A stretch of 64,000 bases of DNA from Oscillospiraceae bacterium (lineage in GTDB: Bacteria > Bacillota > Clostridia > Oscillospirales > Acutalibacteraceae): positions 14,635-78,634 of the forward strand of contig JAISJQ010000025.1 in NCBI GenBank assembly GCA_031261445.1, given 5' to 3'. A model generated the notes under the pieces. The model did not search any database. It saw only the letters and a program-made list of their open reading frames with translations, and was not told the DNA's origin. This document shows positions 17,562 through 27,164 of the stretch, in pieces. A program made the position numbers and the translations under genes. Each line of letters starts with the position of its first letter. Position 1 is the stretch's first letter.

Positions 17562-18835
17562 CAGTGCCTGATGAGCCGGAGGAGCTCCCGCAACTTGGGT
17601 GGCTTGCCATAAAGTAGCACACCCACGCGGTAGATGGCTGTGGCCAATAGTCCCACGCCCACGATGGACGCCACGAGAATTGCCAGCGAGAGCGCGACTT
17701 CCCACGGCGCGGCCAAATTGGTGCTCATGCGGATGAACATGGCCAAGGGTGAAGTGAACGGCAGGTAGGAGAGCACCTTCATGAAGGCGGAATCCGTGTA
17801 GTTGAAGACGGTGGAGAAATAGCAGGCGTAAAACGCGGCGAGCACCGACATAGTGACGGGCATCATGGTGCTTTGCAGATCCTCCGTGCGACTCACGAGA
17901 CTCCCCAGCGCCCCGAAGAGGAAGCTATAGAGCAGGTAGCCCAGGACGAAGAAAATCACGACAAAGAGTAGTAGAGTGCCATTTCCGCTCACAAACAAGG
18001 AGGAGACGGACGGCGTGTTGTCCCAATACGCGCCAGAGAGCTTGTAGCCCGCCAGCGCGGTCAGAATCCACAGGAGCAGTTGCGCGAGGCCGGCACAGCC
18101 CACGCCGAGCACCTTGCCGAAAATCAGTGCGCTCGGCCGGGCGGCGGTGACGAGCAATTCCATGGCACGGCTGGATTTTTCCGTGGCCACAGAGCCCGCG
18201 ACGATGCCGCCGTAGATCATGATGGTGATCATCATCAGCACGTTCAGGAGCATGGTGTAGCCCGACGTGTTGCTGCCATCGTTTTTGGTGGCAACGAGGG
18301 TTTGTTCGGTCTGCGCCGTCAGGATGGCCTGCGCCTGCTGGGCGGTCGCGCCAATTTCGGCGAGCTGTGCGCTCTGGTAAACGCCCAAAATCACAGCATC
18401 AATCTGATAGGGCGTCAGATCCGTCATGCCCGCCTGCTGCGTATAGAAGGTATAGTGCAGCGCATCGGCGAAGTAGAGGGCGTAGTCCACCTCGCCGCGC
18501 GTAACCGCGTCCAAAAGATCCGCTTCGCTCGCCTGCGCCTCCAAGAGCACCGTCCCAAAGGACAATTGCGCCTGCAACGCCGCCTGCAGCGTTTCGGGCT
18601 GTTCCAGATGGGCGATGCGCAGCGTTTTGTCGCTGTAATCCGTGGCGATGAGGTTGTTCATCAGTTCGTCCAGACCGCCGCCCGGCTGCATGGGTTCGGC
18701 GGTTTTGCCCAGCAGCGCGGGGAAGCCCAGCCCCACGAGGAACGCCAGCGCGAAGAGAATGGTGGTGAAGATATACGCTCCGGACTTGGCCGTGGTCTTG
18801 AATTCGTGCCGAAACACAGGGAAAAACTGCCTCAT
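17561..18835 (-). CDS. ABC-2 family exporter permease (NatB-like)
   Basis: Start MRQFFPVF at 18835 overlaps the ATPase stop (ATGA). One N-terminal TM helix, a large extracytoplasmic loop, and a C-terminal bundle of 5-6 TM helices. Confidence 0.7.
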   Translation of the reverse strand: MRQFFPVFRHEFKTTAKSGAYIFTTILFALAFLVGLGFPALLGKTAEPMQPGGGLDELMNNLIATDYSDKTLRIAHLEQPETLQAALQAQLSFGTVLLEAQASEADLLDAVTRGEVDYALYFADALHYTFYTQQAGMTDLTPYQIDAVILGVYQSAQLAEIGATAQQAQAILTAQTEQTLVATKNDGSNTSGYTMLLNVLMMITIMIYGGIVAGSVATEKSSRAMELLVTAARPSALIFGKVLGVGCAGLAQLLLWILTALAGYKLSGAYWDNTPSVSSLFVSGNGTLLLFVVIFFVLGYLLYSFLFGALGSLVSRTEDLQSTMMPVTMSVLAAFYACYFSTVFNYTDSAFMKVLSYLPFTSPLAMFIRMSTNLAAPWEVALSLAILVASIVGVGLLATAIYRVGVLLYGKPPKLRELLRLIRH

Positions 18836-19746
18836 GCCGCGCCTCCTTTGTCGGTAGTGGTGTCCACGAAAATGTCTTGCAACGTGGGTTCCCACACAGC
18901 GAACGAATCGATGTCAAAGCCCTGCTCGCTGAGCACCGAGAGCAGAATGGCCTTGTCTTCGGGCGCACGAAGCTGTGCGTGGACGCTCTCGCCCTCGGCC
19001 TGTAGCGACTGCGTGGCGGCCTGCACGGCCGCACTCTGGGCGATGGCCGCCGCCTGCGGGGAGCGTAGCACGATGCGGGCGCGGTCATACCCGCGCTTGA
19101 TCTGCTGGATCTGCCCGGTACGCGCAATCGCGCCGTGATTGAGAATGGCAATCTCTTGGCAAAACTCCTCAATGTAGTTCATCTGGTGCGACGAGAAGAA
19201 GACCAGCGCCCCTTTGCCGACCAGTTCCCGCACCAGATCTTCCAGTAGCATGGCGTTGACGGGGTCAAGCCCGCTGAAGGGCTCATCGAGCACCACCAGC
19301 TCCGGCTCGGCGATGAGCGTGGCGACAAACTGGATTTTCTGCTGATTGCCCTTGCTGAGCGTCTGGAGCTTTTTCTTGGCCGTGTCGCCCATCTCTAGGC
19401 GCTCGAGCAAGCGCAGGGCATTTTTTCGCGCCGCCGGGGTCTTCAGCCCCGCCAGCTGACCGAAATAGATCAGCTGTTCCAGCACCGTTTTTTTCGGGTA
19501 CATCCCCCGCTCTTCGGGCAGGTAGCCCGTGCGCAGCATCCCCCGCCGCAGGGGCACGCCGTCCAGGAGCACCTGCCCCTCATCTGGGCGAAACACCTCC
19601 ATGACGATGCGGATCATGGTGGTTTTGCCCGCGCCGTTGCGTCCGAGCACCCCGAATGCGTGCCCGCTTTCCGCCCGTAGGTTGATGCCGCGCAGGACGT
19701 GGTTTGTCCCAAAGGACTTGTGAATGTTTTGCAGTTCCAAAATCAC
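18832..19746 (-). CDS. ABC transporter ATP-binding protein (NatA-like)
   Basis: GRNGAGKTT Walker A, LSKGNQQK signature, VLDEPFSGLD Walker B. Confidence 0.9.
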   Translation of the reverse strand: MILELQNIHKSFGTNHVLRGINLRAESGHAFGVLGRNGAGKTTMIRIVMEVFRPDEGQVLLDGVPLRRGMLRTGYLPEERGMYPKKTVLEQLIYFGQLAGLKTPAARKNALRLLERLEMGDTAKKKLQTLSKGNQQKIQFVATLIAEPELVVLDEPFSGLDPVNAMLLEDLVRELVGKGALVFFSSHQMNYIEEFCQEIAILNHGAIARTGQIQQIKRGYDRARIVLRSPQAAAIAQSAAVQAATQSLQAEGESVHAQLRAPEDKAILLSVLSEQGFDIDSFAVWEPTLQDIFVDTTTDKGGAA

Positions 19747-19758
19747 AGGTTTTTCCTC

Positions 19759-20928
19759 CTAAATAAAACTGTTTTCCACAGTAATCACGCAGTTGTAGCG
19801 CGGATCGAGTGCCGAAATCCCCGTGCAGAGGGTCTGCTCCAGATCGCGTGCCTTTTCTGGTTTCGTGTCGTGGGGGACGACCAAATCGAAGATGAGGTTG
19901 ATGCGCTTTTCGCCATCGACCACGCGAAAGTCGTGGAGCGACAGCGTGGGATCGGTCGCTTTCACGAGTGCTTTCACGGCATCGTAGATCGCGGAGATAC
20001 GCGCGTCGTGCAGGGCGATGGGGTCCATATGGAGCACAAAGGGAATGGCGAGCACATCGAAAATGCGCTTTTCGGCGGCGTCCACGTGCTCGTGGCTGAT
20101 CATCACGTCCACGTCGGCGGGCACTTCCGCGTGGGCAGAGCCGAAAATCCGCCCCGGGCCATAGTTGTGCAGCATCATGTCGTGCACGCCCACGATGCCC
20201 TCGCTCTGAATCAGAATGTCGTGGATACGCTGGGGCAAATCGCCGCTGGGACGCTCGCCCACCAGCGTGCCCAGTGTCTCCAAGAGCATTTTGCCGCCGC
20301 TCCAAAAGATAAACAAGGCCACCACCGCGCCAAAATAGCCATCGAGCGGCACGCCCGTAAAGCGTGCGAGCACGAGCGAGAGCAAGGTCACGCCAGAGCA
20401 GAGCGTATCGGAAAAGCTGTCCTGCGCGGCGGCCAAAAGCGCGGGGGCATCCGTGCGTTTGCCCAGCCTGCGGTAGAAAAATCCCAGCCCAACCTTGCAG
20501 AAAATTGACCCGGCCACGATGCCCACGGGCACCCAGCCAAAGCTGACGGGCGTGGGGGCGAAGATGCGCTCAAGCGAGTTGCGCCCCATTTGCCAGCCCA
20601 TAAAGAGCACCAGCACGCTGAAAAACACCGTCACCAGATATTCCATGCGCCCGTGACCAAAGGGGTGTTCGGCATCGGCACTCTTGCCGGCCATTTTTGT
20701 GCCCACGGCGGAAATCAGGGCACTGCCCGCGTCGGTGAGGTTGTTCATCGCGTCCGCTGTCACGGCAACGGAGTGGCTCAGATTGCCCGCAATGAACTTG
20801 CCGACCGCCAGCGCAAGGTTCACCACTGCACCCAAAGCACTGCCCATCACGCCAATGCGCGTGCGAGCGGCAGGGGTGATTTCCTCCGCCGATGATCCGG
20901 CGATTAAACAACGAAACAACGATAGCAT
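19759..20928 (-). CDS. cation diffusion facilitator (CDF) family metal exporter
   Basis: 389 aa with SVAVTADAMNNLTD and HPFGHGRMEY motifs. The ATG lies only 6 nt after a TATACT box, so the mRNA may be leaderless. Confidence 0.88.
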   Translation of the reverse strand: MLSLFRCLIAGSSAEEITPAARTRIGVMGSALGAVVNLALAVGKFIAGNLSHSVAVTADAMNNLTDAGSALISAVGTKMAGKSADAEHPFGHGRMEYLVTVFFSVLVLFMGWQMGRNSLERIFAPTPVSFGWVPVGIVAGSIFCKVGLGFFYRRLGKRTDAPALLAAAQDSFSDTLCSGVTLLSLVLARFTGVPLDGYFGAVVALFIFWSGGKMLLETLGTLVGERPSGDLPQRIHDILIQSEGIVGVHDMMLHNYGPGRIFGSAHAEVPADVDVMISHEHVDAAEKRIFDVLAIPFVLHMDPIALHDARISAIYDAVKALVKATDPTLSLHDFRVVDGEKRINLIFDLVVPHDTKPEKARDLEQTLCTGISALDPRYNCVITVENSFI

Positions 20929-20934
20929 AGAGAT

Positions 20935-20976
20935 AGTATAACACAGCTGCGCTGTATTTTATTTCCAAATTAGAAA
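20935..20976 (-). promoter_or_regulatory. 42-nt shared promoter-proximal motif, copy upstream of the CDF exporter gene
   Basis: Minus strand reads TTTCTAATTTGGAAATAAAATACAGCGCAGCTGTGTTATACT. Confidence 0.6.
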
Positions 20977-21022
20977 GTTCGAACAATTGTTTTTCTGCTG
21001 GGAACGGCGCAGTTAACACAAC

Positions 21023-21071
21023 GGGCGACCGAGGACGGTCGCCCCTACGGGCAATTGTTCATTGTTCATTG
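21023..21071. repeat. REP-like hairpin (..CTAC) plus GTTCATT heptads overlapping the exporter gene stop
   Basis: GGGCGACCgaggacGGTCGCCCCTAC, then caattgttcattgttcattg. Confidence 0.85.
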
Positions 21072-21622
21072 GTTTCCCCCCGCACTGGCCGTATAACGTG
21101 GTTGACCGCGACGCTCACGGCGATGCCCAGAGCCGTGTCTAGGATGCGATTGAGGGCGTAGAGGTACGGCAGTTCGCGCTCGTTCGCGCCCACCAGCAGG
21201 ATGATGAACGTCACCGCGCAGATGGCGCAAGCGTCGCGGCGGTCGAGCAGGAGCATCAGCCAGATGACCAGCATACAGCCCACCAGCAGGAACAAAATGT
21301 TCAGCCGCCCGCCCCAGACGTGCGCACTGATCCACATGAAGCCCAGCCCCACCGCGCCGCCCACCGCCGTGCCCAGCAGTCGCCCGCCGCCGCTGTGCAG
21401 GGAGTGCGCGACGGTCTGTTGCATACAGATCACCGCCGCCACGCAGGCGAACAGGGGCTCTTGCATGGTGAGGAATGCCCCCACGGACGCGACAAAGCCC
21501 GTGCCGTGCGTCACCAGCGCTTGCCCCAGCGCCGCCAGCCCGAGGAACAGCAAGAGACACACCGTCACAGCCAAGGCGGTTTTGACCGTGCGCATACCGA
21601 GTTTGGGGATTTTTGTTTTCAT
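21059..21622 (-). CDS. aromatic acid exporter (ArAE/FUSC-like) family membrane protein
   Basis: MRTVKTALAVTVCLLLF N-terminus and 5-6 TM helices. The stop lies in a heptad array. Confidence 0.6.
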   Translation of the reverse strand: MKTKIPKLGMRTVKTALAVTVCLLLFLGLAALGQALVTHGTGFVASVGAFLTMQEPLFACVAAVICMQQTVAHSLHSGGGRLLGTAVGGAVGLGFMWISAHVWGGRLNILFLLVGCMLVIWLMLLLDRRDACAICAVTFIILLVGANERELPYLYALNRILDTALGIAVSVAVNHVIRPVRGETNEQ

Positions 21623-21672
21623 GTCCTATAGTATACTAAAAAATGTGCGAAAGTGCAAACGGGCGCGAAGCG

Positions 21673-21783
21673 CAATTAACAAAGAACAATTGTCTGTAGG
21701 GGCGACCGTCCCTACATATAAACAACGCAGATTGTCCATGCCTCACCCGCCTCACGCCTGTATCCTCAGTCCTCATGCCTCAC
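21673..21783. repeat. AAC-type heptads, GTAG hairpin, and a CCTCA-type heptad array overlapping the rarA stop
   Basis: 21673-21692, 21696-21715 and 21737-21783, read directly. Confidence 0.85.
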
Positions 21784-23037
21784 ACGTTGCCAATAGGCGG
21801 CCGCGGCTTGCTCGATTTTGTTTTCGCCGGGGTGATAATATTGCGTGCCCAACAGCTCGTCCGGCAGATATTGCTGCGCTGTCCAGTGGTCGGGGAAGTC
21901 GTGGGGATAGACGTAGTGCTGGCCGTGCTGCTCGCGCTCCGCGCCGTCGGCATGGACGTTCTGCAAGTTGCGCGGCACAACGCCGCCTTTGCCCGCCCGC
22001 ACGTCCGCCAGCGCGGCATCGATGGCCAGATACGCGCTGTTACTCTTGGGGGCTGTGGCCACCAGCACCACGGCGTCCGCCAGCGGAATACGCGCCTCTG
22101 GCAAGCCGACCGCCTGCGCGATTTCGCACGCGGCACGCACGATGGGGATGATCTGCGGATATGCCAGGCCCACGTCCTCACAGGCGCAGACCATCAGTCG
22201 GCGGATTGCGGAGGGCAGATCGCCCGCCTCCAGCAAGCGTGCCAGATAGTGCAGAGCCGCGTCCGGGTCAGAGCCGCGCAAGCTCTTTTGGTACGCCGAA
22301 ACGGCGTCGTAGTGCCCGTCGCCATCCTTATCGTAGCGCAGGGCGGATTTTTGCGTCAGCGACTGCGCGAGCTCCAGCGTGATGGGGCGCGGCGCGTCCC
22401 CGCGCATTTGCCCAGTCGCCAAAAAGCACAGCTCCGTAGCGTTGAGCGCCTTGCGCACATCGCCGCCACAGGCAGTGGCAATATGCGCCACAACCCCCGG
22501 CGCAATGTCCGCTTTCGTGGCGGATTCCTCCGCCAGGCACGCAAAGCCGCGCTCCACCACGGGCGCGATGTCCTCGGGCGTCAGCGGGCGGAACTCAAAC
22601 ACCGTGGCACGGCTGAGCAGGGCGTGGTAGATATAGAAAAACGGGTTCTCGGTGGTGGAGGCAATGAGCGTGATGCTGCCTTTTTCCAGATGCTCCAGCA
22701 GGGTCTGCTGCTGCTTTTTGTTCAGGTACTGGATTTCGTCCAGATAGAGCAAAATGCCGCCGGGCGCGAGCAAGGTATCGAGCTTGGCGACCGCCGCCTT
22801 GATGTCCGCCGTGCCCGCCGTTGTGCCGTTGAGTTTGATGAGCAGGCGGTCAGTGCGCTTGGCGATGATGTTGGCCAGCGTCGTTTTGCCGATGCCGGGC
22901 GGCCCATAGAAAATCAGGTTGGGGATTTGCCCGGAAAGGATGATGTTGCGCAACGGTCGCCCTTCGCCCAACAGCAACGGCTGTCCGGCGACTTCGTCGA
23001 GGGACTGGGGGCGCAGGCGTTCGGCTAAAGGCGGCAT
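21766..23037 (-). CDS. rarA: replication-associated recombination protein A (MgsA/RarA AAA+ ATPase)
   Basis: Start MPPLAERLRPQSLDEV at 23037. GPPGIGKTTLA motif and the MgsA C-terminal domain. Confidence 0.9.
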   Translation of the reverse strand: MPPLAERLRPQSLDEVAGQPLLLGEGRPLRNIILSGQIPNLIFYGPPGIGKTTLANIIAKRTDRLLIKLNGTTAGTADIKAAVAKLDTLLAPGGILLYLDEIQYLNKKQQQTLLEHLEKGSITLIASTTENPFFYIYHALLSRATVFEFRPLTPEDIAPVVERGFACLAEESATKADIAPGVVAHIATACGGDVRKALNATELCFLATGQMRGDAPRPITLELAQSLTQKSALRYDKDGDGHYDAVSAYQKSLRGSDPDAALHYLARLLEAGDLPSAIRRLMVCACEDVGLAYPQIIPIVRAACEIAQAVGLPEARIPLADAVVLVATAPKSNSAYLAIDAALADVRAGKGGVVPRNLQNVHADGAEREQHGQHYVYPHDFPDHWTAQQYLPDELLGTQYYHPGENKIEQAAAAYWQRVRHED

Positions 23038-23066
23038 GGCAAACTCCGTGAGCTTTCGTTGCCCAT

Positions 23067-23095
23067 AGTATAGCACATTTGTGCGCTGTGTGCAA
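23067..23095 (-). promoter_or_regulatory. promoter of rarA
   Basis: On the minus strand: TTGCAC, 17-nt spacer, TATACT with an AATGTGC extension identical to the rimP promoter. Confidence 0.55.
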
Positions 23096-23097
23096 AT

Positions 23098-23244
23098 GGA
23101 GGGATGAGGATTCAGGATACAGGCGTGAGGCCTGTAGGGGCGGCAACCTGCCGCTGTTAAGACGGCAGATGTCAGAGGACAGATCTTTAGGCGCAATTCT
23201 GTCCTCTTCAAGGTCAGCGGGCGCGCAGGGGCGCGCGCCCCTAC
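23098..23244. repeat. GAGG heptad array plus composite element bounded by inverted REP-like hairpins
   Basis: 23098-23133 heptads, GTAG hairpin 23134-23154, CAGAGGACAGA..TCTGTCCTCT 23167-23208, hairpin ending CCCCTAC 23217-23244. Confidence 0.85.
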
Positions 23245-23398
23245 ATCGGACGGCATCCGTAGTTTTGGGCGTACGGATCACGCTACCCTATTTTCTATGT
23301 CGGGCGGAAGTTCTCGCACGTGATATAAACAAACAAAAAGACGATAAACAAAACCCAAAATGCTACAAGATTGTTACCCAGAAAATCCCATCTAGCCC

Positions 23399-23427
23399 TT
23401 GTAAACGCAGCGTTTTTATGCTATACT
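23399..23427 (+). promoter_or_regulatory. promoter of secreted-protein pair
   Basis: TTGTAA, 17-nt spacer, TATACT (23422-23427). Confidence 0.55.
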
Positions 23428-23460
23428 GTGGGCAAAGACCATCTCACGAGGAGGCTCTCC

Positions 23461-24021
23461 ATGAAAAAGACATGCTCCACCCTGCTCGCGCTGGCACTTG
23501 TGCTGACGCTCACGCTCTCGGCTTTTGCCGCCGCGCCCGTCGATTACCCAGACGGCAGCGACAGCGCATCCATTGTTGAAACTTTTGTGGGCACGCTTTC
23601 GGCACTGAGCACGGCGCGGAAAAATCCCCCCGCCGACCCTCAAGCCGCCGCCGCCGCGTTGGCCGCGCAGGCGCAGTACACACTCTACACACTGGCGGAC
23701 GGCAAAAAGAGCGTGACCATTGCCTTCCGCGCGGACACGCCAGAGGCCGCGGCGCTACTGGATTCCGCCACATTGCAGGCCTTTGCGCACGCGCTGGCGG
23801 AGGCGCAGAAAAACTACGGCGACGCCGACACCGTCTACATGACGCAGACCCATATCGCAGGCGAAGCGCGTCTGCACATTGCCGGCTACTGGTTTACGCG
23901 CCTGCTGGGCGGTGCGCGTGGACTGCTCAAGGCGAACTACGAGGACTTCCGCGTGGCCGACCTGAATGTGGATGAGGATCGCCTGCCGTGGTGGATGTTC
24001 ATCGCCGCCGGACTCTTTTGA
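23461..24021 (+). CDS. secreted hypothetical protein
   Basis: GAGGAGG RBS. Signal peptide MKKTCSTLLALALVLTLTLSAFAA. No recognisable domain. Confidence 0.6.
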   Translation: MKKTCSTLLALALVLTLTLSAFAAAPVDYPDGSDSASIVETFVGTLSALSTARKNPPADPQAAAAALAAQAQYTLYTLADGKKSVTIAFRADTPEAAALLDSATLQAFAHALAEAQKNYGDADTVYMTQTHIAGEARLHIAGYWFTRLLGGARGLLKANYEDFRVADLNVDEDRLPWWMFIAAGLF

Positions 24022-24038
24022 TCAAGAGGTGATTGCCC

Positions 24039-24701
24039 ATGAAAACGCGCATGAAATGGATGCAAAAGCTCATTCTCGTGCTGGGTCTGGCGCTCACTGT
24101 GGCGACATTGTGGCCAGCTGTTGCTGGCTCTGCGTCCAAATCGATTAAGATTGTCACAGACGAGCTGTCCGCGCATGGGGTGTCCACGGATGCCTGCGTC
24201 TGCGTGACACTACGTGGCAACGCCGTGAAAAAGCCGCTGGCCGATGCGCCCGACGACACGGACGCACCCTATTGGACGGCGCTGTACTACCCGCCGGACT
24301 TCCTGACCAGCGACGCGGGGGTGGCGCAGGTGTACTTTGCGCACCTCAATCGCGGGCGGACAAAGTTGCTCCGCGCCGGGGAGGGACAAATTGCGGTCGC
24401 CGCGCTGAGCGATGCCCTGCAAAATGGCGGCACGGATCTCGTGCGCCTCACGTCCCTCTTCTTGCCCGACGGCCAAGTGCGCGAAATCTACGCCAGCCAA
24501 GTGATGACGACCCTCGCCACGCTCGACCCCGCCACCGGCCAGCGCAGCGACAGCGCACGCATCCTGACGGTGCGCGGCAACACCAGCCTCTCGTTCACCG
24601 TAGAGGGCAAGCGTGCGCAATACACCCTGACGGGCGGCGCGTGGACGGACAAAGACGGTGCAGTCCTGCGCGTAGATCCGTGGACGTTTTTGCCGCTCTG
24701 A
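24039..24701 (+). CDS. secreted/membrane-anchored hypothetical protein
   Basis: AAGAGGTG RBS 7 nt upstream of ATG 24039. N-terminal hydrophobic segment. No recognisable domain. Confidence 0.6.
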   Translation: MKTRMKWMQKLILVLGLALTVATLWPAVAGSASKSIKIVTDELSAHGVSTDACVCVTLRGNAVKKPLADAPDDTDAPYWTALYYPPDFLTSDAGVAQVYFAHLNRGRTKLLRAGEGQIAVAALSDALQNGGTDLVRLTSLFLPDGQVREIYASQVMTTLATLDPATGQRSDSARILTVRGNTSLSFTVEGKRAQYTLTGGAWTDKDGAVLRVDPWTFLPL

Positions 24702-24764
24702 ATACGCAAAATGTACGCCCCCGCCGCAGAATAGTGATTATTCTTACACAAAGAAGGTGATTCT

Positions 24765-25658
24765 ATGTGGTCAAGCCTCATAATCTCAACAGCCTTAAAA
24801 ACACTTGCTGAAATATTTGCTGCGTATGGAATTGGTAAAGGACTTGACGCTCTCGCAGAAAAAATGAAAAGAAATACGTGGGAATGGCAATTAATTAAAG
24901 CTATGGAAGAAACATGTAAAAGCTACACTTGGGACTATGACTCTAAACGGATAAGTATAGTTGCGCAAAATCAACAAGCTCCGCAGAGCTCAACGAACTT
25001 CCTGCGAGCTTTACTCTCTGATATGATAGGACATGACGTTACCGAAAATGAATTATCGCAATGGCTTCGCACTTTTAGTGGCGTGGTTGCAAACATGCGT
25101 TTTGTTGCGCTCCGAGATTACCTTCAGTTGAATTTCACAACCACTTATCCACTGATTTCTGCATTTTCTGCTGAAAAACCGATTGATTCAGCTGTTTTCC
25201 CATCGAATGCTCCACAAAATAATCTGAACCTTTTCTTTTCTGTGCAAACGTTCTTAGCATATCATATTAACGAAAATTACTATGGCGGCGTACATTTCGT
25301 TTGGTGCGCAGATAGTTTTGATGATAAAGAACTCCCACCTTTTGCAAATCCCAAAAGCATTTACCACTCTTTGATTAATACCAAGGACAAATACAGCCGG
25401 AGTATTAATGAAAAAATGAAAGGCATTCTGGCGGGTGCCGCCCAGATGTATGCCAAAGGAAAAATTAATAAAAAAGAGCTGAAAGAGATAATAGATATTG
25501 TAAATCGTGCACCCGTGCACCATTTTCGTCCCGTTTTATATCTGATTCACAAGTTACTCATTCAACCCGAGAGAATTGACACCGTTGTCTCTTATCGTAA
25601 CAACATTCATATTATCGCTGACCTAAGTTCCAATGAGTGCGAGATGTTAGAACTATGA
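24765..25658 (+). CDS. hypothetical protein in a low-GC island
   Basis: 297-aa ORF with GAAGGTGA RBS. The AT-rich composition is sharply different from the flanks. I cannot assign a domain. Confidence 0.6.
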   Translation: MWSSLIISTALKTLAEIFAAYGIGKGLDALAEKMKRNTWEWQLIKAMEETCKSYTWDYDSKRISIVAQNQQAPQSSTNFLRALLSDMIGHDVTENELSQWLRTFSGVVANMRFVALRDYLQLNFTTTYPLISAFSAEKPIDSAVFPSNAPQNNLNLFFSVQTFLAYHINENYYGGVHFVWCADSFDDKELPPFANPKSIYHSLINTKDKYSRSINEKMKGILAGAAQMYAKGKINKKELKEIIDIVNRAPVHHFRPVLYLIHKLLIQPERIDTVVSYRNNIHIIADLSSNECEMLEL

Positions 25659-25721
25659 CATGTTATTCGAAGAACTAATCAAGATATACACTACTGAGAA
25701 TTGATATGCTTTGCGCCACAT

Positions 25722-25751
25722 AAAAAACAGGCGCAAGGTTTCCCCTGCGCC
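25722..25751 (-). terminator. intrinsic terminator after argG
   Basis: Minus strand: GGCGCAGG-GGAAA-CCTTGCGCC followed by TGTTTTTTA. Confidence 0.7.
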
Positions 25752-25762
25752 CGCCAACGTGT

Positions 25763-26986
25763 TTACTGCCCGCGCTCCTGCTCTAGGATTGCCTTGACTT
25801 TAATGGGCAGGCCGAACAGGTTGATGAAGCCGGCGCTGTCGTTCTGGTCGTAGACTTCGTCCTCGTCAAAGGTGGCGAAGGCCTCGCTGTAGAGCGAGTA
25901 GGGACTGGTCACGCCAGCGTTGAAAATCCCGCCTTTATAGAGTTTTAGGCGCACATCGCCCGTGACGGTCTCTTGCGTTTTGTCCACAAACGCATCCATG
26001 GCACTGCGCAGGGGCGTGAACCACTGGCCAAAGTACACAAGCTCCGCATAGCGCAGGGCGAGCTGCTCTTTGTAGTGCTGGGTATCGCGGTCGAGTGTGA
26101 TGGTTTCGAGCACGTCGTGGGCGCGGTACAGAATCGCCCCGGCGGGGTTTTCGTACACGCCACGCGATTTCATGCCCACAAGGCGGTTTTCCACCAGATC
26201 GTCGATCCCCACGCCGTGGCGACCGCCAATCTCGTTGAGCTTCGCGATGAGCGCCACGCCGCCCAGCGTCTCGCCGTCCAGCGCGGTGGGAATGCCCTTC
26301 TCAAAGTGGACGGTGACGTACTCCGCCGCGTCGGGCGCAAGCTCTGGCGCAACGCCCAGTTCCAGAAAGCCGGGCTTGGTGTACTGCGGCTCGTTGGCAG
26401 GGTCTTCCAAATCCAGCCCCTCGTGGCTCAGATGCCAGAGGTTTTTGTCTTTGGAGTAGTTGGTCTCCCGGTTGATCTTCAGCGGGATGTCGTGCGCCTC
26501 GGCGTAAGCAATCTCGTCCTCACGGCTCTTGAGATCCCACACGCGCCACGGGGCGATGATCTTCATGCCCGGCGCAAACGCCTTGATGGTCAGTTCAAAG
26601 CGCACTTGGTCGTTGCCCTTGCCTGTGCAGCCGTGACAAATGGCGTCCGCGCCCTCCGCCAGCGCGATTTCCACGATGCGCTTGGCGATGATGGGGCGCG
26701 CGAAGCTCGTGCCCAGCAGGTAGTCGCGCTCATAGCGCGCGCCCGCCTTGAGCGTCGGGAAGATGTAATCCTCCACAAAAGTCTGCTTGAGGTCTTCAAT
26801 GTAGAGCTTGCTTGCGCCGGTTTTGATGGCCTTTTCTTCCAGACCGTCCAGCTCCGTGCCCTGCCCCACGTCACCGCTCACAGCGATGACCTCGCAACCG
26901 GGGTAGTTCTCCTTGAGCCACGGGATGATGATGGACGTATCCAGCCCACCGGAATACGCCAGCACGATTTTCTTGATGTCCGCCAT
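25763..26986 (-). CDS. argG: argininosuccinate synthase
   Basis: Start [18 protein letters not shown] at 26986. [13 protein letters not shown] motif. Confidence 0.95.
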   Translation of the reverse strand: MADIKKIVLAYSGGLDTSIIIPWLKENYPGCEVIAVSGDVGQGTELDGLEEKAIKTGASKLYIEDLKQTFVEDYIFPTLKAGARYERDYLLGTSFARPIIAKRIVEIALAEGADAICHGCTGKGNDQVRFELTIKAFAPGMKIIAPWRVWDLKSREDEIAYAEAHDIPLKINRETNYSKDKNLWHLSHEGLDLEDPANEPQYTKPGFLELGVAPELAPDAAEYVTVHFEKGIPTALDGETLGGVALIAKLNEIGGRHGVGIDDLVENRLVGMKSRGVYENPAGAILYRAHDVLETITLDRDTQHYKEQLALRYAELVYFGQWFTPLRSAMDAFVDKTQETVTGDVRLKLYKGGIFNAGVTSPYSLYSEAFATFDEDEVYDQNDSAGFINLFGLPIKVKAILEQERGQ

Positions 26987-27060
26987 AATGCAAAACTCCT
27001 TGTTCACAGATGGTGGTTAGTATACCAGATTTTCGCGAAAAATGCAATTGCCGGCTAGCG

Positions 27061-27153
27061 CAATGAACAATTAACAAAGAACAATGAACAATTATTCGCA
27101 ACGGGCGGCAACTTGCCGCCCCACAACAATTGTTCATTGTTCATTGTTCATTA
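27061..27153. repeat. nested inverted repeat: AATGAAC array / hairpin GGGCGGCAactTGCCGCCCC / GTTCATT array
   Basis: 27061-27094, 27103-27122 and 27124-27153. Confidence 0.9.
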
Positions 27154-27164
27154 CATTCACGCCG

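Noticed and set aside
20962-20976. CodY-box interpretation of TTTCCAAATTAGAAA (also at 38473-38487).
   Set aside because: The CodY consensus AATTTTCWGAAAATT has TTTC and GAAA separated by 1 nt. Here the separation is 7 nt, so the motif is left unassigned.
25480-25530. HEPN-like Rx4H (NRAPVHH) in the low-GC orphan protein.
   Set aside because: It is a single short match without the usual polar residue after Arg or the surrounding helical context. This is too weak to call.
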